Source: Naegleria gruberi (Eukaryota). From it: a stretch of 64,000 nucleotides of DNA. How positions within the stretch are numbered: the stretch's first letter is position 1; the number at the start of each line of letters is the position of its first letter. Both the position numbers and the translations under genes were made by a program. Location: the NCBI GenBank assembly GCA_000004985.1, contig GG738853.1, one strand, 5' to 3'. Shown here one piece after another: positions 1-12,556 of the stretch. Under the pieces are notes generated by a model. That model was given only the letters and a program-made list of their open reading frames with translations, did no database searches and was not told the origin of the DNA.

Positions 1-1644
1 CCTGGTCATTTAGGACGAGTGACGACCTTTTTGGTTATGTACATTTTTTACAACAACAAGATTCAACTGTAAAACGAGGTTGTTTAATGACTTCAGTCAT
101 TCTTCTAACCAAATATCCTTTCATCAAATTGTACAGATACATGGTTCAAAAAATTGCCATGAACTACTTTTCAGAAGTTGAGAAACAAAAACAAACAAAG
201 AAAAACTCATCAGAATCAGTTTTGAGTGCTTCTAACATTTTTGCACAAGTTATGAAGCAAGTGAACAATTGGGTTCTTCCTAATGTAGATTCTCAATATG
301 AATTGTCATTCTTTGAACAAAAGATTAAGTATAGATCTCCTCTATTTATTCCTTCATCTCAATCTTACCAAAATAAGATAAATCAATTGAAACCAAGAGA
401 AGGAGGTGGTGTTTCATCCGTTACTCCTCTAAAGGAGAGATTATTAGGAAGAAAGTATCCATATCAGCAGGAGGTGAATGTATATAGGAACTTTATTAGT
501 CATAGTTTGGAATCACTCGCTAAATTTTGGGAATTAGTAATAACTGGCGAACCTATACTAGTTTTGTCTCCAACACCTACACAATGTTGTGTTTCAGTTT
601 TTTCACTTGTTTCAATGATTGCTCCAATACCGTACGGAGGCGATGTAAGACCATATTTTACTGTACATAATCAAGACTTTAAATACTTCTCTCAAATGGG
701 AGGTCACCAAGGTTTCACATCAGCAATCGTTGGTGTGACCAATCCTTTCTTTGTTAAGGCCTATGAAAATGTAAGTAATATATCTCCCAATTCAAATATA
801 TAATGAAATAATTCTATAGTGGCCACATATTATCACAGTAGGAAAGCAACACAATTCCAGTCCAGTGAAAAAATCAACCTCACCGCCAAGTACTTTCCAA
901 AGTGCATTCTCAGCCAACAAAATTGTATCCTTCTTCACTAATGTTGACAATGAATCAAACGAAAGAAAACAGTTAATGTGGGACTATAAGGAAACATTCT
1001 TATCTAAGAAAAAGTCATTTATTGTAGATGATTTGGACATGTCAGGTATTAAATTATTAACTGAGGACATTAACGTTAGTGACAGAAGCTCTGCTGACAG
1101 TCTCAATAATGACCAAATTAGAAAATTCTTTGAACAATTGACCGAAGATTTCCTACACCCAATTCATCAATGTTTTGATACACTTGTTTGTTCCATGAAA
1201 ACTTTCATTGTACGATCGGAGCATGCAAAAGTTTTCAAGACTGAGAAATTTATCAACTATATCAAAAAGAATGGATATAATGAAAAGGTTTTCAAGGCCA
1301 AAAAGTCAGATGTATTTGAAATGTATAAGAGATTTGTCTACTCAACCAATTTTAAATCATTCATGGAACATAGATTAAGAGAAGCTTATGTAAATGATGT
1401 ACAACATACAGATATTGATGAATTTTTAAAGAATGAAAAATTCTCAGAAATTGACCTTATTGACCTCTTCCTACAAATCAAACAAGACTTGGAAGAAGAA
1501 ATGAAAACCTACGATGATGATGTCATTGTAACTCGTCTACAAGTTTTCCTATCTCAAATTCTTAAAAGATTACCAGATACTCTTAAATTGCATTTAGAGA
1601 GACAATTGAGTAATATGGTTGAAGACTTGAAAGATAGCTTTTAA
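1..1644 (+). CDS. DENND6 (FAM116) homologue, tripartite DENN-domain protein. The 5' end lies outside the window. Exons are <=770 and 820..1644, with a 49-nt intron at 771..819.
   Basis: The frame is open from the first base of the window. The translation '...FWELVITGEPILVLSPTPTQ...DVRPYFTVHNQDFKYF...GVTNPFFVKAYEN|WPHIITVG...' aligns with human DENND6A '...[20 protein letters not shown]...DFRPYFTIHDSEFKEY...[21 protein letters not shown]...'. The donor is GTAAGT at 771 and the acceptor is TATAG at 819. The splice restores the frame between ORF 87..803 and ORF 865..1644. Confidence 0.8.
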
Positions 1645-1780
1645 AAATCCAGAATAATCTATCAAACGCGCCATTCACTGAAGGAGATAACTAACCTTCC
1701 AATTTTGAATTAAAATTTACAGTTTTTCTAAATAAGCGTCCACCATTTCCTTTAAGGATTGCACAAACGTTCCAAAAAAA

Positions 1781-3735
1781 ATGAGTAAATCCAATGAATA
1801 TACCGAAGACGTTTCATTGGAGGCCATGAAAAACATTAATCCTGTATTATTTGATCTGATTGTGTGTAACAGTACGAGGGGGTCTAGGATTTCGGAATTG
1901 AAAAAACTTCTTAATTATGATACTAGTAGGACTTCATCAGCACCTAAATATATTGAAAAATCACCCCTTACTCATCGTACTATGGAAAGAAAGAGAAAAG
2001 CTGAAGGAAAACTACCCGAATTAAAGCTTGATGATAGTGGCACTTTCATAACGGGGATACAAAACAATGAATCAAAGAGTAAATCAAAAGACAGGAGTGT
2101 TAGTTGTAATGATCAATTGAGGGAATCTTTGATGAGGGAAATAACTCCTCCTTTCAAGGCTAGGAAAACAAGTAAAACATCAGAGGATACAAGGAGAAAA
2201 CCAACACAGGATGTTATTGAAATTGCAATGTCTAACTATACGGAACAGGAAAATATCAAACTAACTAAATTGATGAACATTTATGACAAGAAGCAAATAT
2301 CAGAAATTAGAGCAAGTCCTGCTCTTGTAAATATTTTGAGATATATCGAGGAAGCCAAGACACCTAGGGATAGGAGTTTGTTTTGGGAGGATTATGAATA
2401 CATTCAGAAAATGATTGTGGAAGAAAGGGAACCATTCTCAACCAAGAAGGAGAAGGAAAAGAAGTTGACAACAACTAAGAAAATCATTCCAAAGAAAACT
2501 GTAAATTTTAAAGAGCATACTCTAGAACCAATTAATATGTTTGAAAGAGATTTACCAAAAGCACTTCGACAGAGAATTACTGAAATTAAAAACAACCCTG
2601 CCTTTATGACAAAACTGGAAGAAATTAAAAGAAGTAAGAAGAAAAATTTACCAATTATTCAAGAGGAGGAACATAATGATGATCATGATTCGAGAGGGGA
2701 TGAAGGATTGGAGGAAGGAGCTGAAGATATTCCATTCCTGGGTCCTATTGGAAATAACGAGATTTCAAATATTATTTTACTGTTATTGAAAAAGGAAAGA
2801 ACTATTCAGTTGTTTGATACAGACACGAGGAATGATTTTTATGTGTTTTTGGATCAAAGTAGACTCCATTTTTGGCAATCCTTGGTTCTAAGGTCGAATT
2901 TTGTTCAGAATTTGCATTCCAAGTTCAAATCAAACAGAGAACTCGGTAACACGAAACAAACGGAAGCTCAAAAACCAAAAGAATTGGAAAAATTCTCTAG
3001 AAAGTATGTAATATTTCAATCTTGAATATTCTAACACTTTTTAGTCAATACGTGGCAAGAATGTTGTGGAAAATTAACAGAAAGAAAATTGCTGCAGAGA
3101 TTATTAGGAGGAGTTTTATTAGTTTCCTGGATGCCAAACTAGTGTACAAAGCAATGCAAAAACTGAGAGCAAACATGACGACTTGTAGGGATATGATTAG
3201 ATCCTATTTAGAAATTAAAAAAGCGAGATTATTACTTTTGAGATTGCAATTTCAAAAATTGGAAGGTTCTGTAAAGACAATAACCATGGCCAGTTTGATG
3301 CAATCAATCTTAAAGTCTAGGAATAGTACAAACAAGATTCACTTGGATGGTGAAATGAGAAAGGAGTACATTAAGCTTCATAAGGCAGTAAGACATGCTC
3401 ACGACCAAGGCAGACATACACCAAGTCCTGAACCATTCAGAATGTCTCCTAGCCCTGAACCGAAAACCCACGATCAACATCACAAAAATCTGCAACATCA
3501 TGAAGAGAATATCAGTGCAGTTCCACTTGAAGTTGTAAATCGAGTGCTGAAAGAAGATTACGTGATAAGAAGACAATTATTTATGAAACAGGTATTCGAT
3601 AGTACAGAAAAACAATATTTCAAATGTCTTCTCGATTCTGAAAGAATGTATCAACTTGTTGTAATTGCAAGAACAAGAGCAGCTTCAATGCTAGAGAAGA
3701 AGAGAAACTCTGTCTACCTCAGTGCTGAACAATGA
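1781..3735 (+). CDS. Hypothetical lysine/serine-rich protein made of 2 exons, 1781..3003 and 3045..3735, with a 41-nt intron at 3004..3044
   Basis: ORFs 1781..3025 and 3022..3735 differ by one frame. The donor GTATGT at 3004 and acceptor TTTTAG at 3044 join them in phase (...FSRN|QYVARMLWKIN...). I recognise no conserved domain. The protein is basic and low-complexity with an IQ-like 'IAAEIIRRSF' stretch. Confidence 0.45.
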
Positions 3736-3823
3736 ATGAAAATAATACTAATATATTTATTGATAATTTAACAAGTGTTTTAAAAGTGTGTTAATAAAAC
3801 TATATTTACACAGATCATTAAGA

Positions 3824-6800
3824 TTAGACTGAGGTAACTTGAACAAGTGTTTGGGAAGAACTGACAGAATACTTTTCAAGAAGAGCAGTTGGATATTCAC
3901 CACCTTCGAGAACTCTATACAAGTAAGTATCATAAACTGTCTTATCCCATTGGTGACCAGTAATACCACCTGGTACTAGAATCTTTGGTTTTATCGAAGA
4001 ACTTGATGCAACACTGTTTGCACCCAATACAGCATATTGTTGGAAGTAGAATCCTTGATTGGAGTAGAATCTTGGAGAGTAGTTTTCATCGAGACCAGTG
4101 GTAGATGAAGTTGAAGTAGAAATATCTGGACGAACTGGAGCAGATTGATAAATTGTAAATTCACCACCAGCAACAGAGTATGTAGAACGAGTACAAGCAC
4201 AACTGTAACTTCCATCTTCAGAGAAGTAGTGAGAGAACTTCTTTTCATAAATGTTACCCAACTTTGGATCACCATACTTCTTAATGACACTTTGTAATGC
4301 CTTAGCAGCATAGAGATCGCAAGCAGTTTGATCAGCAGCTTGACCAGTAACACCATAGATAGTGCTCAAAGCCAAAACACAAGATTGAATATTTCTATTT
4401 TGAGTATCAGATGAAATAGTTTCACTAGTGACAGTTGTTCCATTCTTAGAGTAGACATAGTTTGGCAAGAAGGCATCTCTGACGAAAATTGGATTGTCCC
4501 AATAAGCAACACCAGTATCAGAAGCAGCAATTCTACTCAATTCATAGTACCATCTTTGAGCAATTGGAGCTTCAGATGAGCTTGAAGTGAAACTACCATC
4601 CCATGCCAACAAAAGTTTACCAATTGATGAAGAGGAAATGTCAGAGTAATAATTGACAGACTTGGTCAACAATGGCATCAAATCTTCAGAGAAATAAACG
4701 TTAACTTGATCCTTAATGAACTTCTTAAGATCAGCTTCAAGGAATGGAGTTGTTGTAGAACCATAGTATGGAGAAATCAAATCGTTCAATCTTCTAGCTC
4801 TATAACTGTGACCAAAATCATAACCAAAGTTATAACGATAACCATATCCAACTGGTTTGTTGTTTGCACTGACAAAGTAATCCTTACGAGCAATGAAAGC
4901 TCTAAAGTTAACAAGAGCAGCATTGTAACCAGTCCAGACTTGATTATTTGAGGCAGGGAACAAACCAGAGTGACCAGTTGCTCTAATTGGGAATCTACCA
5001 ACACCAAAGTAAACTGGATAAGCAGCAGTAAACATGACCAACATGTTCATTGGTGGATTGTGGAAATTGTTAACAGTCAAAGTATTGAAAGTAGCCAAAG
5101 TAGTTTGTTGCCAAGCTTGAGTAATCCAATTCATGGTCAAATCAACATCAGAGAGGGATGTCCACTTTAATGCCAATTGAGCACCGCTCTTCTTCAAAGT
5201 ATCTGGAAGAATATCAGTCATGATTGGACCATAAACAGTTGAACGAACAGTGATAGTAACAGCAGATGCACCCTTAACATTGATAGTTTCAGTTCTGGTA
5301 GTATATGGAAGAGTAGCTCCATTAGCAGCATAGTTATTTGATGAACCATCATCCTTAATAATGTACCAATCCATACAGTCAGCATACATATTTGATGTAG
5401 TGAAGGTGTTAATTGAGGAACGACCTTCAATCAAACCTGGAATACCTGGAATAGTTGGTCCCATTGAGGAATAAGTAGAGGCAGTTGTCTTGAACTTGAG
5501 TTTAGCAACATAGACAGGATTAGGAACTTGAGTTCTGAAACCTTCACCCTTTGAAGAAACATAGGCAGAAGATGAAGCAGACAATGCAGTACCAAATAAG
5601 TAACCACCAGCACCAATCCAATCACTGTTTTGTTTGAGCATTGTTGTGAGAGGATCGAAATATAAGAGCAAATCATCAACACTGGCAAATTTAGGAGCAG
5701 TATAGGAAGTACTAGTTGATTTAGGAGAAGTAACACCAATATTTGATTGAGCATTGATGTTATTCAATCTGTCTTGAGTTAAACTATCGAGTTCAGTTTG
5801 TCTATAAATATTTCTCAAAGAAACTGGAGTATCCAATTCAACAGGAGTGAAAGAAGCAAAACTAGAATTCAAAGGAGTCATTGGAACTAGATCCATAACA
5901 CGATCCATACTCAATTCTTTAACAGTTGCCAAATAGAAACGTAAAATTTCCATATTAGCATTACCACTGTTAATGAATTGCCACAACTTTAAAACAGCCA
6001 TTGAATCATAAATAGTCCAATCAGCAATATCGTATGAACCCAAAGTGGTTTCAAAGGCCTTATTTGAAGAACCATATCTTCCCTTATAATAATTAACACC
6101 AGCTGCATATCTTGAAACAAAAGTTTGAGTGTCACTAGTTAAATTAGTATAATGAGAAACACCATAATTATATAAACTCAAAGTTCTCATATACTTGTCA
6201 CAATATAAAGCTCTGTCTCCGACAATTTCACTCAATTGACCTCTAGCAATTCTTCTATAATAATCCATTTGGAATAATCTATCACGAGCATGAGCAAATC
6301 CTAAACCGAAAGCAACATCTTCAATATCTGATCCAGTAATATGTGAAAAACCTTCAGAATCTCTTTCAATGACAATTTTATCACCCTTCACAACAATATC
6401 TCTCAAAATGGAAATGGTTTCTTGCACAAGTGAAACATGTTGTTGATGATATGCTGCTGCAATTGCTGTCAAAATTAAACACATACAAGTTGCCAACAAG
6501 ACAAATGTTGCCAAAGTAACATAACCAACAATTTTTAAATATTCAAGAGTTGTTCTAGAAGCTTGAACATCGGATGGAAGTGCTGCTTGTTCAACAGCAG
6601 GACTATAAAGAGTATATCATCATTGTTATGTTATTGAATATATCATAATTGTCATGTTATTGAATATATATATATCAGATTGAATATGAATATGAAGGAG
6701 AATTCAAAGTTATCAAATGTGAGTGTGTGTATTCATCATCATATTCATCAATATAATTATTATGAGAGTTGAAATTAAAATTGTTGTTGTGGTGATGGAA

Positions 6801-7147
6801 ATTGTGTTCAAGAATAGAGAGAGAGAAAATATCAAATATATTTGATTATAATATAGAGGTGTGTGTGTTAATTTTCAAAATATATATTGTTGAAACTATT
6901 CACATTCACATTCAAAACACACTTACATTTTAAAGTATTTAATAGCAAATATTAAATAGATAACAACAGGGAATGCCAAAAAGAATGGCACTGTGACTAA
7001 AAAGACAAATAACCAATATCCAGGACAGAATCTAAAAACTGTACCAGCATCAATGACTGGATAAATCCACAACAATAAATTGATTAAAATCAAGAAAACT
7101 AGACAGATGGCATAGGGCCTGTATAGTTTGTAGTGCAACCAGGCCAT
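3824..7147 (-). CDS. Penicillin amidase / acyl-homoserine-lactone acylase family Ntn hydrolase. Exon 1 (7147..6927) encodes an N-terminal multi-TM segment and exon 2 (6602..3824) encodes the catalytic domain. The intron is 324 nt at 6603..6926.
   Basis: The 896-aa ORF carries the family hallmark '...GFSHITGSDIEDVAFGLGFAHARDRLFQMDYYRR...' (penicillin acylase PF01804-like). The frame is open upstream of the annotated start back to the acceptor CTTTATAG at 6603/6604. A GTAAGT donor follows ORF 6923..7147 (MAWLHYKL..., 3 predicted TM helices), and joining them keeps the phase (…KYFK-I-PAVEQAAL…). The intron is full of (TA)n/(GA)n/(GT)n simple repeats. Confidence 0.7.
6640..6900. repeat. Simple-sequence repeats ((TA)n, (GA)n, (GT)n) inside the long intron of the penicillin-amidase gene
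   Basis: Direct reading shows 'atatatatatat' near 6664, 'gagagagagagaaaat' near 6826 and 'ggtgtgtgtgtt' near 6858. Confidence 0.8.
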
Positions 7148-7199
7148 TTGTTAATGATGGGTTGGTTGGGTTTTTGACTAGTTTTTTTTTGTGAAGTGG

Positions 7200-7672
7200 T
7201 TTTGATGATTGATGACTGGTAGCGTGTCAATGTCATCTGTTATAATTTAAGGGATGATGTTTTGAGAACGTTCGAATGTAATAACGGTAAGAGAAAGTGG
7301 GTTTCGTTCTCCCTATTCGAATCCTAAGGAAATTGAGTCAAGTTGACAGGTTTGCTGGTCGCGTTTCTTCTTCGCATTAATAAAGAGATCTTCAATAATT
7401 TTCAAATACTAGTATTTGTAAGCATGCCACTTGTCAACAATTGGTTTCCACTTGAGTAATGAATGTCAACTGTTATTTGAATGATTCGAAACTGACTCAT
7501 TCGAATAGCTTCGTTCACATGTCATCTACAAGAATCTCAATACTAATTTACAATAAATAACATTGTTTTTCTACAGCATTCTCATTCTTATTCATTCTTA
7601 TTCAATATCTATTACAATAAACATTAACAATAATAATGAGGTAAATTCTGCAATGGTGCATTCAAAATAAAA
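7200..7672. promoter_or_regulatory. Divergent intergenic/promoter region between the penicillin-amidase gene (-) and the Yae1-like gene (+). It carries four TTCGAA(T) palindromes.
   Basis: 'gttcgaatg' at 7271, 'attcgaatc' at 7316, 'attcgaaac' at 7484 and 'attcgaata' at 7500. There is a partial inverted repeat 'gagaacg...cgttctc' at 7265/7306. Confidence 0.3.
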
Positions 7673-8224
7673 ATGGAACAAGACAATCTTCACAATTCAA
7701 GCACCACCACACAAAACAATTCAACTCATTCCAATGATGATGATGATATTTGGGGAGAGGAGGAATTTAGAGTGGACGGACAAAATGATTCCAAGAGTTA
7801 CGATCAATATGTTGCTTCTTTGAATTTCGATCGTATGAGGGATACTTTTGTTACATTGGGAATAAAGGATGGTGTTTCCGAAGGCCTTGATGAGGCTAGA
7901 CAAGTCTATTTTGAAAAGGGACTCGTTGGAGGTATTAGAGAGGGTATTGTTTGTGGTTTTCTTATTCAATTGATGAGTTTGGAAGGATTAATAGATGAGG
8001 AGAAGAGGAACAAGATGAAGAGTGAAAGTGTATTGTGGAAGAAGGAAAAGATGGATCGAGTGATGGAGATGATTCTATCATCAGAGAAGAAGGTTGTTGC
8101 AGATTGTGATGATGGTGAAGGAATAGAAGATGAAGATTTGAGAATGATTCGGGAGGTTATTGAAAAGCATACTGACCACATTGAAATGTTCAAAGCAACC
8201 TACGAAAGTATTCTTCGTCACTAA
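7673..8224 (+). CDS. Yae1_N-domain protein (YAE1/LTO1-ORAOV1-like, a Rli1/ABCE1 Fe-S maturation adaptor)
   Basis: The 183-aa ORF contains consecutive GX3G repeats, 'LGIKDGVSEGLDEA...KGLVGGIREGIVCG' (the deca-GX3 motif). The N-terminus is acidic. It is a single exon. Confidence 0.45.
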   Translation: MEQDNLHNSSTTTQNNSTHSNDDDDIWGEEEFRVDGQNDSKSYDQYVASLNFDRMRDTFVTLGIKDGVSEGLDEARQVYFEKGLVGGIREGIVCGFLIQLMSLEGLIDEEKRNKMKSESVLWKKEKMDRVMEMILSSEKKVVADCDDGEGIEDEDLRMIREVIEKHTDHIEMFKATYESILRH

Positions 8225-8528
8225 GATTTGTTGTTTTAATTGTGTTTTTCATTCACGAGTTTGAAAAGAAGAACAATTATATTGTTAAAGAAGGCTGGGA
8301 AGAGTTTCAAGAATACTATCTACCACACACGACTAAGTAGAATATATTAATTCAAAACAACTGTATTATGTGAAGAGTTGAAGTATTAACTTTCATTGAA
8401 TAAATAACTTGAGAGTGATGTCATCAATTACATCACCACCATCAAAACAACAATTAAAATCATAATAATCAAAATATCCGTCACTTGCAACCATCAATGA
8501 GTAAATAATATTAAAATATTTATTAAAA

Positions 8529-11198
8529 ATGAGTACGAGACTCAGAGAACTCATTCGTGAGGTTCGTAATTGTAAAACAGCAGCAGAGGAAAGATCGGTC
8601 ATTGCTAAAGAATGTGCTGCTATTAGAACAGCATTGAAGGAACAACATGCCTACAGGGCAAGAAATGCTGCCAAGTTGATGTATATTCACATGTTGGGAT
8701 ATCCGACAAATTTTGGACAAATAGAATGTGTTAATTTAATATCAAGTTCTAAATATCCAGAGAAAAGAATTGGTTACTTGTCACTGATGATTATGTTGGA
8801 CGAACATCAAGAAATTCTTACCTTGACAGAACATAGATTTAAAGTGTAGGTTTTCTTCTTGTTTATTTAAAATTTGACTGATCAAATTAGAGATTTGAAT
8901 GATAGTAATCAATTTGTTCAAGCTTTGGCTCTTACAGCCATCGGAAACATTGCATCAGCAGATATTTGTCGTGATTTGAGTGTTGAAGTTGAAAAATTAT
9001 TAATTGGTGCTCCTTCTTTTATTAGAAAGAAGGCCGCACAATGTGCTATTAGAATTGTTTCTAAATGTCCAGATTTAATTGAAAATTATATTGAAAGAAT
9101 TGATACAATTTTGGAAAATGAACAACATCAAAGAAGTCACTCTGCCATGCTTGGCATTATTACTTTGATTCTTACAATTCTCAATCCAACAAAAGTTGGT
9201 GGATCTGAAACTAGAAATTATTTACTTCACTTTAGAAAACATATTCCTGTTTTTGTTAGATTACTCAATGCATTATTAAGTAGTAATTCTACTTCTGAAT
9301 ATGATGTTAATGGAGTTGCCGATCCATTTTTGCAAACAAAGCTCTTACGTTTATTGAAAGTTTTGGGAAGAGGAAGTTCTAAAGCAAGTGAACAAATGAC
9401 AGAAGTTTTGACAAAGACACTCACTAACACTGACAAGACTAAGAATACAGGTAATGCTGTAATTTATGAATGTGTTAGAACTGTTATGGATATTGAATGC
9501 GATCCTTCATTGAGAAAGATGGCTATTGGTCAACTTGGTACATTCCTTGGTAATAAGAAGGATAACAATCTTAGATATGTTGCTTTGCACACAATGAAAA
9601 AGGTTTCCAAATTGGACTCTCAAGCAGTCAGTAGACATTTGGCTACCATTGTTGAATGTTTGAAAGATCACGATATTTCAATTAGAAAGAGAGCTCTTGA
9701 TTTGGTTTATGTCATTGTTGATAACAGTAATGTAACATATCTTGTTCAAGAGTTGATTCAACATTTGGAAGTTTCCCCACCAGAATTTAAACCAGAATTG
9801 ACCACAAAAATTTGTACAATTATTGAAGAGCATGCTCCTTCAAAGGACTGGAAGATTACAACACTTTTACAAGTTATAATTTTATCAGCCCAATATGTTA
9901 GAGATGAAATTGCTTCCATCTTTATTGGTATGCTTTCACAATCTATTGATAATCAAGCTGAAATTACCAGAAAATTGTACGATACTCTTAAGGATTTAAT
10001 TCCAAAACCAAATATTTTGCTCAAACAAGAAATTCTTATGCAAGTAAGCAGTTGGTGTTTGGGTGAATATGGTGATTTGATTGTTGATAATGAAGTTACT
10101 AGTGAGAATGTTGTAAATGTATTATTCGATTTGGTTAACATGTTACCAAAGGGTTCAGTTAGTACTGTAAAGAGTAGAAGAGTTTTGTCAACTGATCCAA
10201 ACAATATAGTAAGGGCTTATGCACTTGTTGCCTTGTTGAAATTATCTGGAAGATTCCCTGATAGATCAGCAGATATTGAACGTTTTGTTTCAAGATATTC
10301 AGACAATGTTCAACTTGATTTACAACAAAGAGCTTGTGAATTACTCCAAATCGCCAAAATGTCTGCTTCAGTTAAAGAAAATATTCTTGACAAGATGCCT
10401 GAATTCCAAATTGATTCTATTATTGGTCAATTAAACTCATCCGAAAAAGAAGAAGAGGAGCAAGGAGAGGAAGAACATAACGAACCTTCTGACCGTACAA
10501 CTTCTGCAGTCGGTAGTGGTTTAAGCAGTTTGCTCATTGACATTGAAAATAATGGAGCTGTTAAACAAACTGAATCCAGCCTGATTGACTTTATTACAAC
10601 TACCACTGAAACAAAACCTGTAAAAACAACTGAACCAACACGTAAGGTTCCAACTGTTCAACAAACAGAAACTCTCCTTCCATTTGAGTCTATTCTTCCA
10701 ACTACCAATACTACCACCAGTCCTGTTCCTTCCTTGTTAAATATGTTAGATATGCCAAGCTCCAATTCAGCAAACTCACTTTTGTTGGATGACCTTCTCT
10801 CATCTCCTTCCCTACCAGCTTCTGCATTAATGCCACAAAAAGAAAAGAAGATTTTATCAGCTTATAATAAGAATTCCCTTAATATCAGATTTGAATATGT
10901 TGAAATGGATCCAGGAAGTCTCAATGTTATTGTCTATTTCTCCAACAATAACACCAAGGAAGTTATGGGATTGGACTTTAAGGCTGCCGCACCAAAATAT
11001 TGTGAGGTAACACTTTTCAAACCAAGTTCCACATCAATTGCACCAAACACCACTGATAGTGTCACTCAAAAATTCAAAGTTAAAATTGTTAACAGTGCTG
11101 CAAGACCAATCACTGATAGTCAAATACCAATCAGGTTTAAACTCATTTGTAAGATTGGTGATAAGGTTTTGGATGAGACAGGTACTGTAAAACTCTAA
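8529..11198 (+). CDS. ap1g1: AP-1 complex gamma-adaptin large subunit. Exons are 8529..8845 and 8891..11198, with a 45-nt intron at 8846..8890.
   Basis: The N-terminus '[30 protein letters not shown]...[36 protein letters not shown]' matches human AP1G1 '[30 protein letters not shown]...'. The splice GTAGGT...AATTAG yields 'FKV|[14 protein letters not shown]', equivalent to 'IKNDLNHSTQFVQGLAL'. The C-terminus has a gamma-ear-like domain. Confidence 0.88.
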
Positions 11199-11366
11199 TA
11201 AAACAAGATTTTATGAAATTGGAAGAAGATTGACAATTCCTTATCAGTTGTTCAAAGTCAAGTAAACTCAACCAAATTAACTGTGCATTTCCCTTTCTCT
11301 CCAATTCAGTTCCAATATAAAATAATCAAAGAATAAAAAATTAAAAATAAAACAAGATATAAAAAA

Positions 11367-12528
11367 ATGGGATTCTTTGATAAGAAGGAAAAGTTTGAAG
11401 TTCATAAAATGTACGTTGTTTTATTCTTGGGAGTGTGTGCTTACTGATGACGGGTTTTGTTGTTCATAAAATGCTGATGATGAATATTATGATAATTATT
11501 AATTTGATTATTTAATTGTTGGTTTGCCAATAATTGTATGAACTTATTTTCATCCGATATATGATGATCTCTAGTAAGAGCAATTTGAAAATGGCCATAA
11601 CAAGAATTGGCTTGTTGAAAAACAAGAAATCCAATGGCATTAAAGTTCAAAAGAGACAAGTTGCTGAATTACTTCAAAATGAAAAGGATGAATCAGCAAG
11701 AATTAAAGTTGAAAATATTATTAGAGAGGATTATGCTATTGAAGCTTTAGAAATTTTGGAATTATTTTGCGATTTAGTTCATACTAGAATACAGTTACTT
11801 TCCGAGTCAAAGTAAGTGATCATGATCAATGATTTAAATGATGATTAATTTTATTGTGAAATAGTACTTGCCCACATGATATGAAGGAAGCAGTTAGTAC
11901 ATTGATTTATGCTGCACCAAGAACTGAAGTTAAGGAATTGATGGAAGTTAGAAATCAATTTGCAGCAAAATTTGGAAAGGATTTTGTTGATGCAGCAATG
12001 GATAATAAGGATTTGGCCGTAAATCAACGTGTAATGTTCAAACTTGATGTTAAAGTACCAGAGCCATATCTCTGTATTGATTATTTGAGAGAAATTGCAA
12101 AGGAAAATGGTATAGAGTGGGATGATAGTAATGTGGTTACTGATGTGGATGTTCATAACCAAAAGATGACACCAATTAATCCACAATTACAAACCTTCTC
12201 AATTCCAACATCTGAGCCAATTCAACATAATCAACCTTTCCAAACTCAACAATTCCATCAAGGACCTCCGCCAGCTTATTCACCAAATACACAATTCCAA
12301 TCACAACCTCAATATTTAATTCCTCCTCCTTCCGATCTTCGTCCAACCAATCAATCTGGTTATTCTGTAGATTTTAATCCTCAACAACCATCAATGTTCC
12401 ACGATGTACCTCCACTTTCACAAGGAACTTTTGGAGCTAGTAATGTACCTGCATTTGGTCAAGATGCGAACAGTTATGATTTTGATGAATTACAAAAGAG
12501 ATTTGAAGCTCTCAAGAAACGAGAATAA
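11367..12528 (+). CDS. ist1: IST1 (ESCRT-III-associated, MIT-interacting). Proposed exons are 11367..11410, 11575..11811 and 11865..12528.
   Basis: '...KSNLKMAITRIGLLKNKK...ESARIKVENIIREDYAIEALEILELFCDLV...' matches IST1 '...NLRLVINRLKLLEKKK...ERARIRVEHIIREDYLVEAMEILELYCDLL...'. 'MKEAVSTLIYAAPR' corresponds to 'MKELDSGLAESVSTLIWAAPR'. The C-terminal MIM 'DFDELQKRFEALKKRE' corresponds to 'DFDDLSRRFEELKKKT'. The middle region is proline-rich. Exon 1 is less certain than the rest. It depends on a GTACGT donor at 11411 and a TCTCTAG acceptor at 11574, which are phase-consistent. Confidence 0.75.
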
Positions 12529-12556
12529 CTTGTACATTAGTAAATATTGAATTATA

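Noticed and set aside
2404-2595. Short antisense ORFs inside real genes, for example 2404..2595, 3310..3576, 4706..5007, 5218..5754, 17373..17982, 18010..19390, 26077..26363, 52253..52530, 57018..58583
   Set aside because: They lie opposite or out of frame to strongly supported coding regions (DPD, penicillin amidase, FKBP, RPN2, GYF gene). They are low-complexity or hydrophobic translations typical of shadow ORFs in A/T-rich coding DNA.
7261-7340. tRNA-like 'TTCGAATCC' motif
   Set aside because: No acceptor, D or anticodon stems can be drawn on either strand. The segment only has the T-loop-like hexamer, so it is listed as a promoter motif instead.
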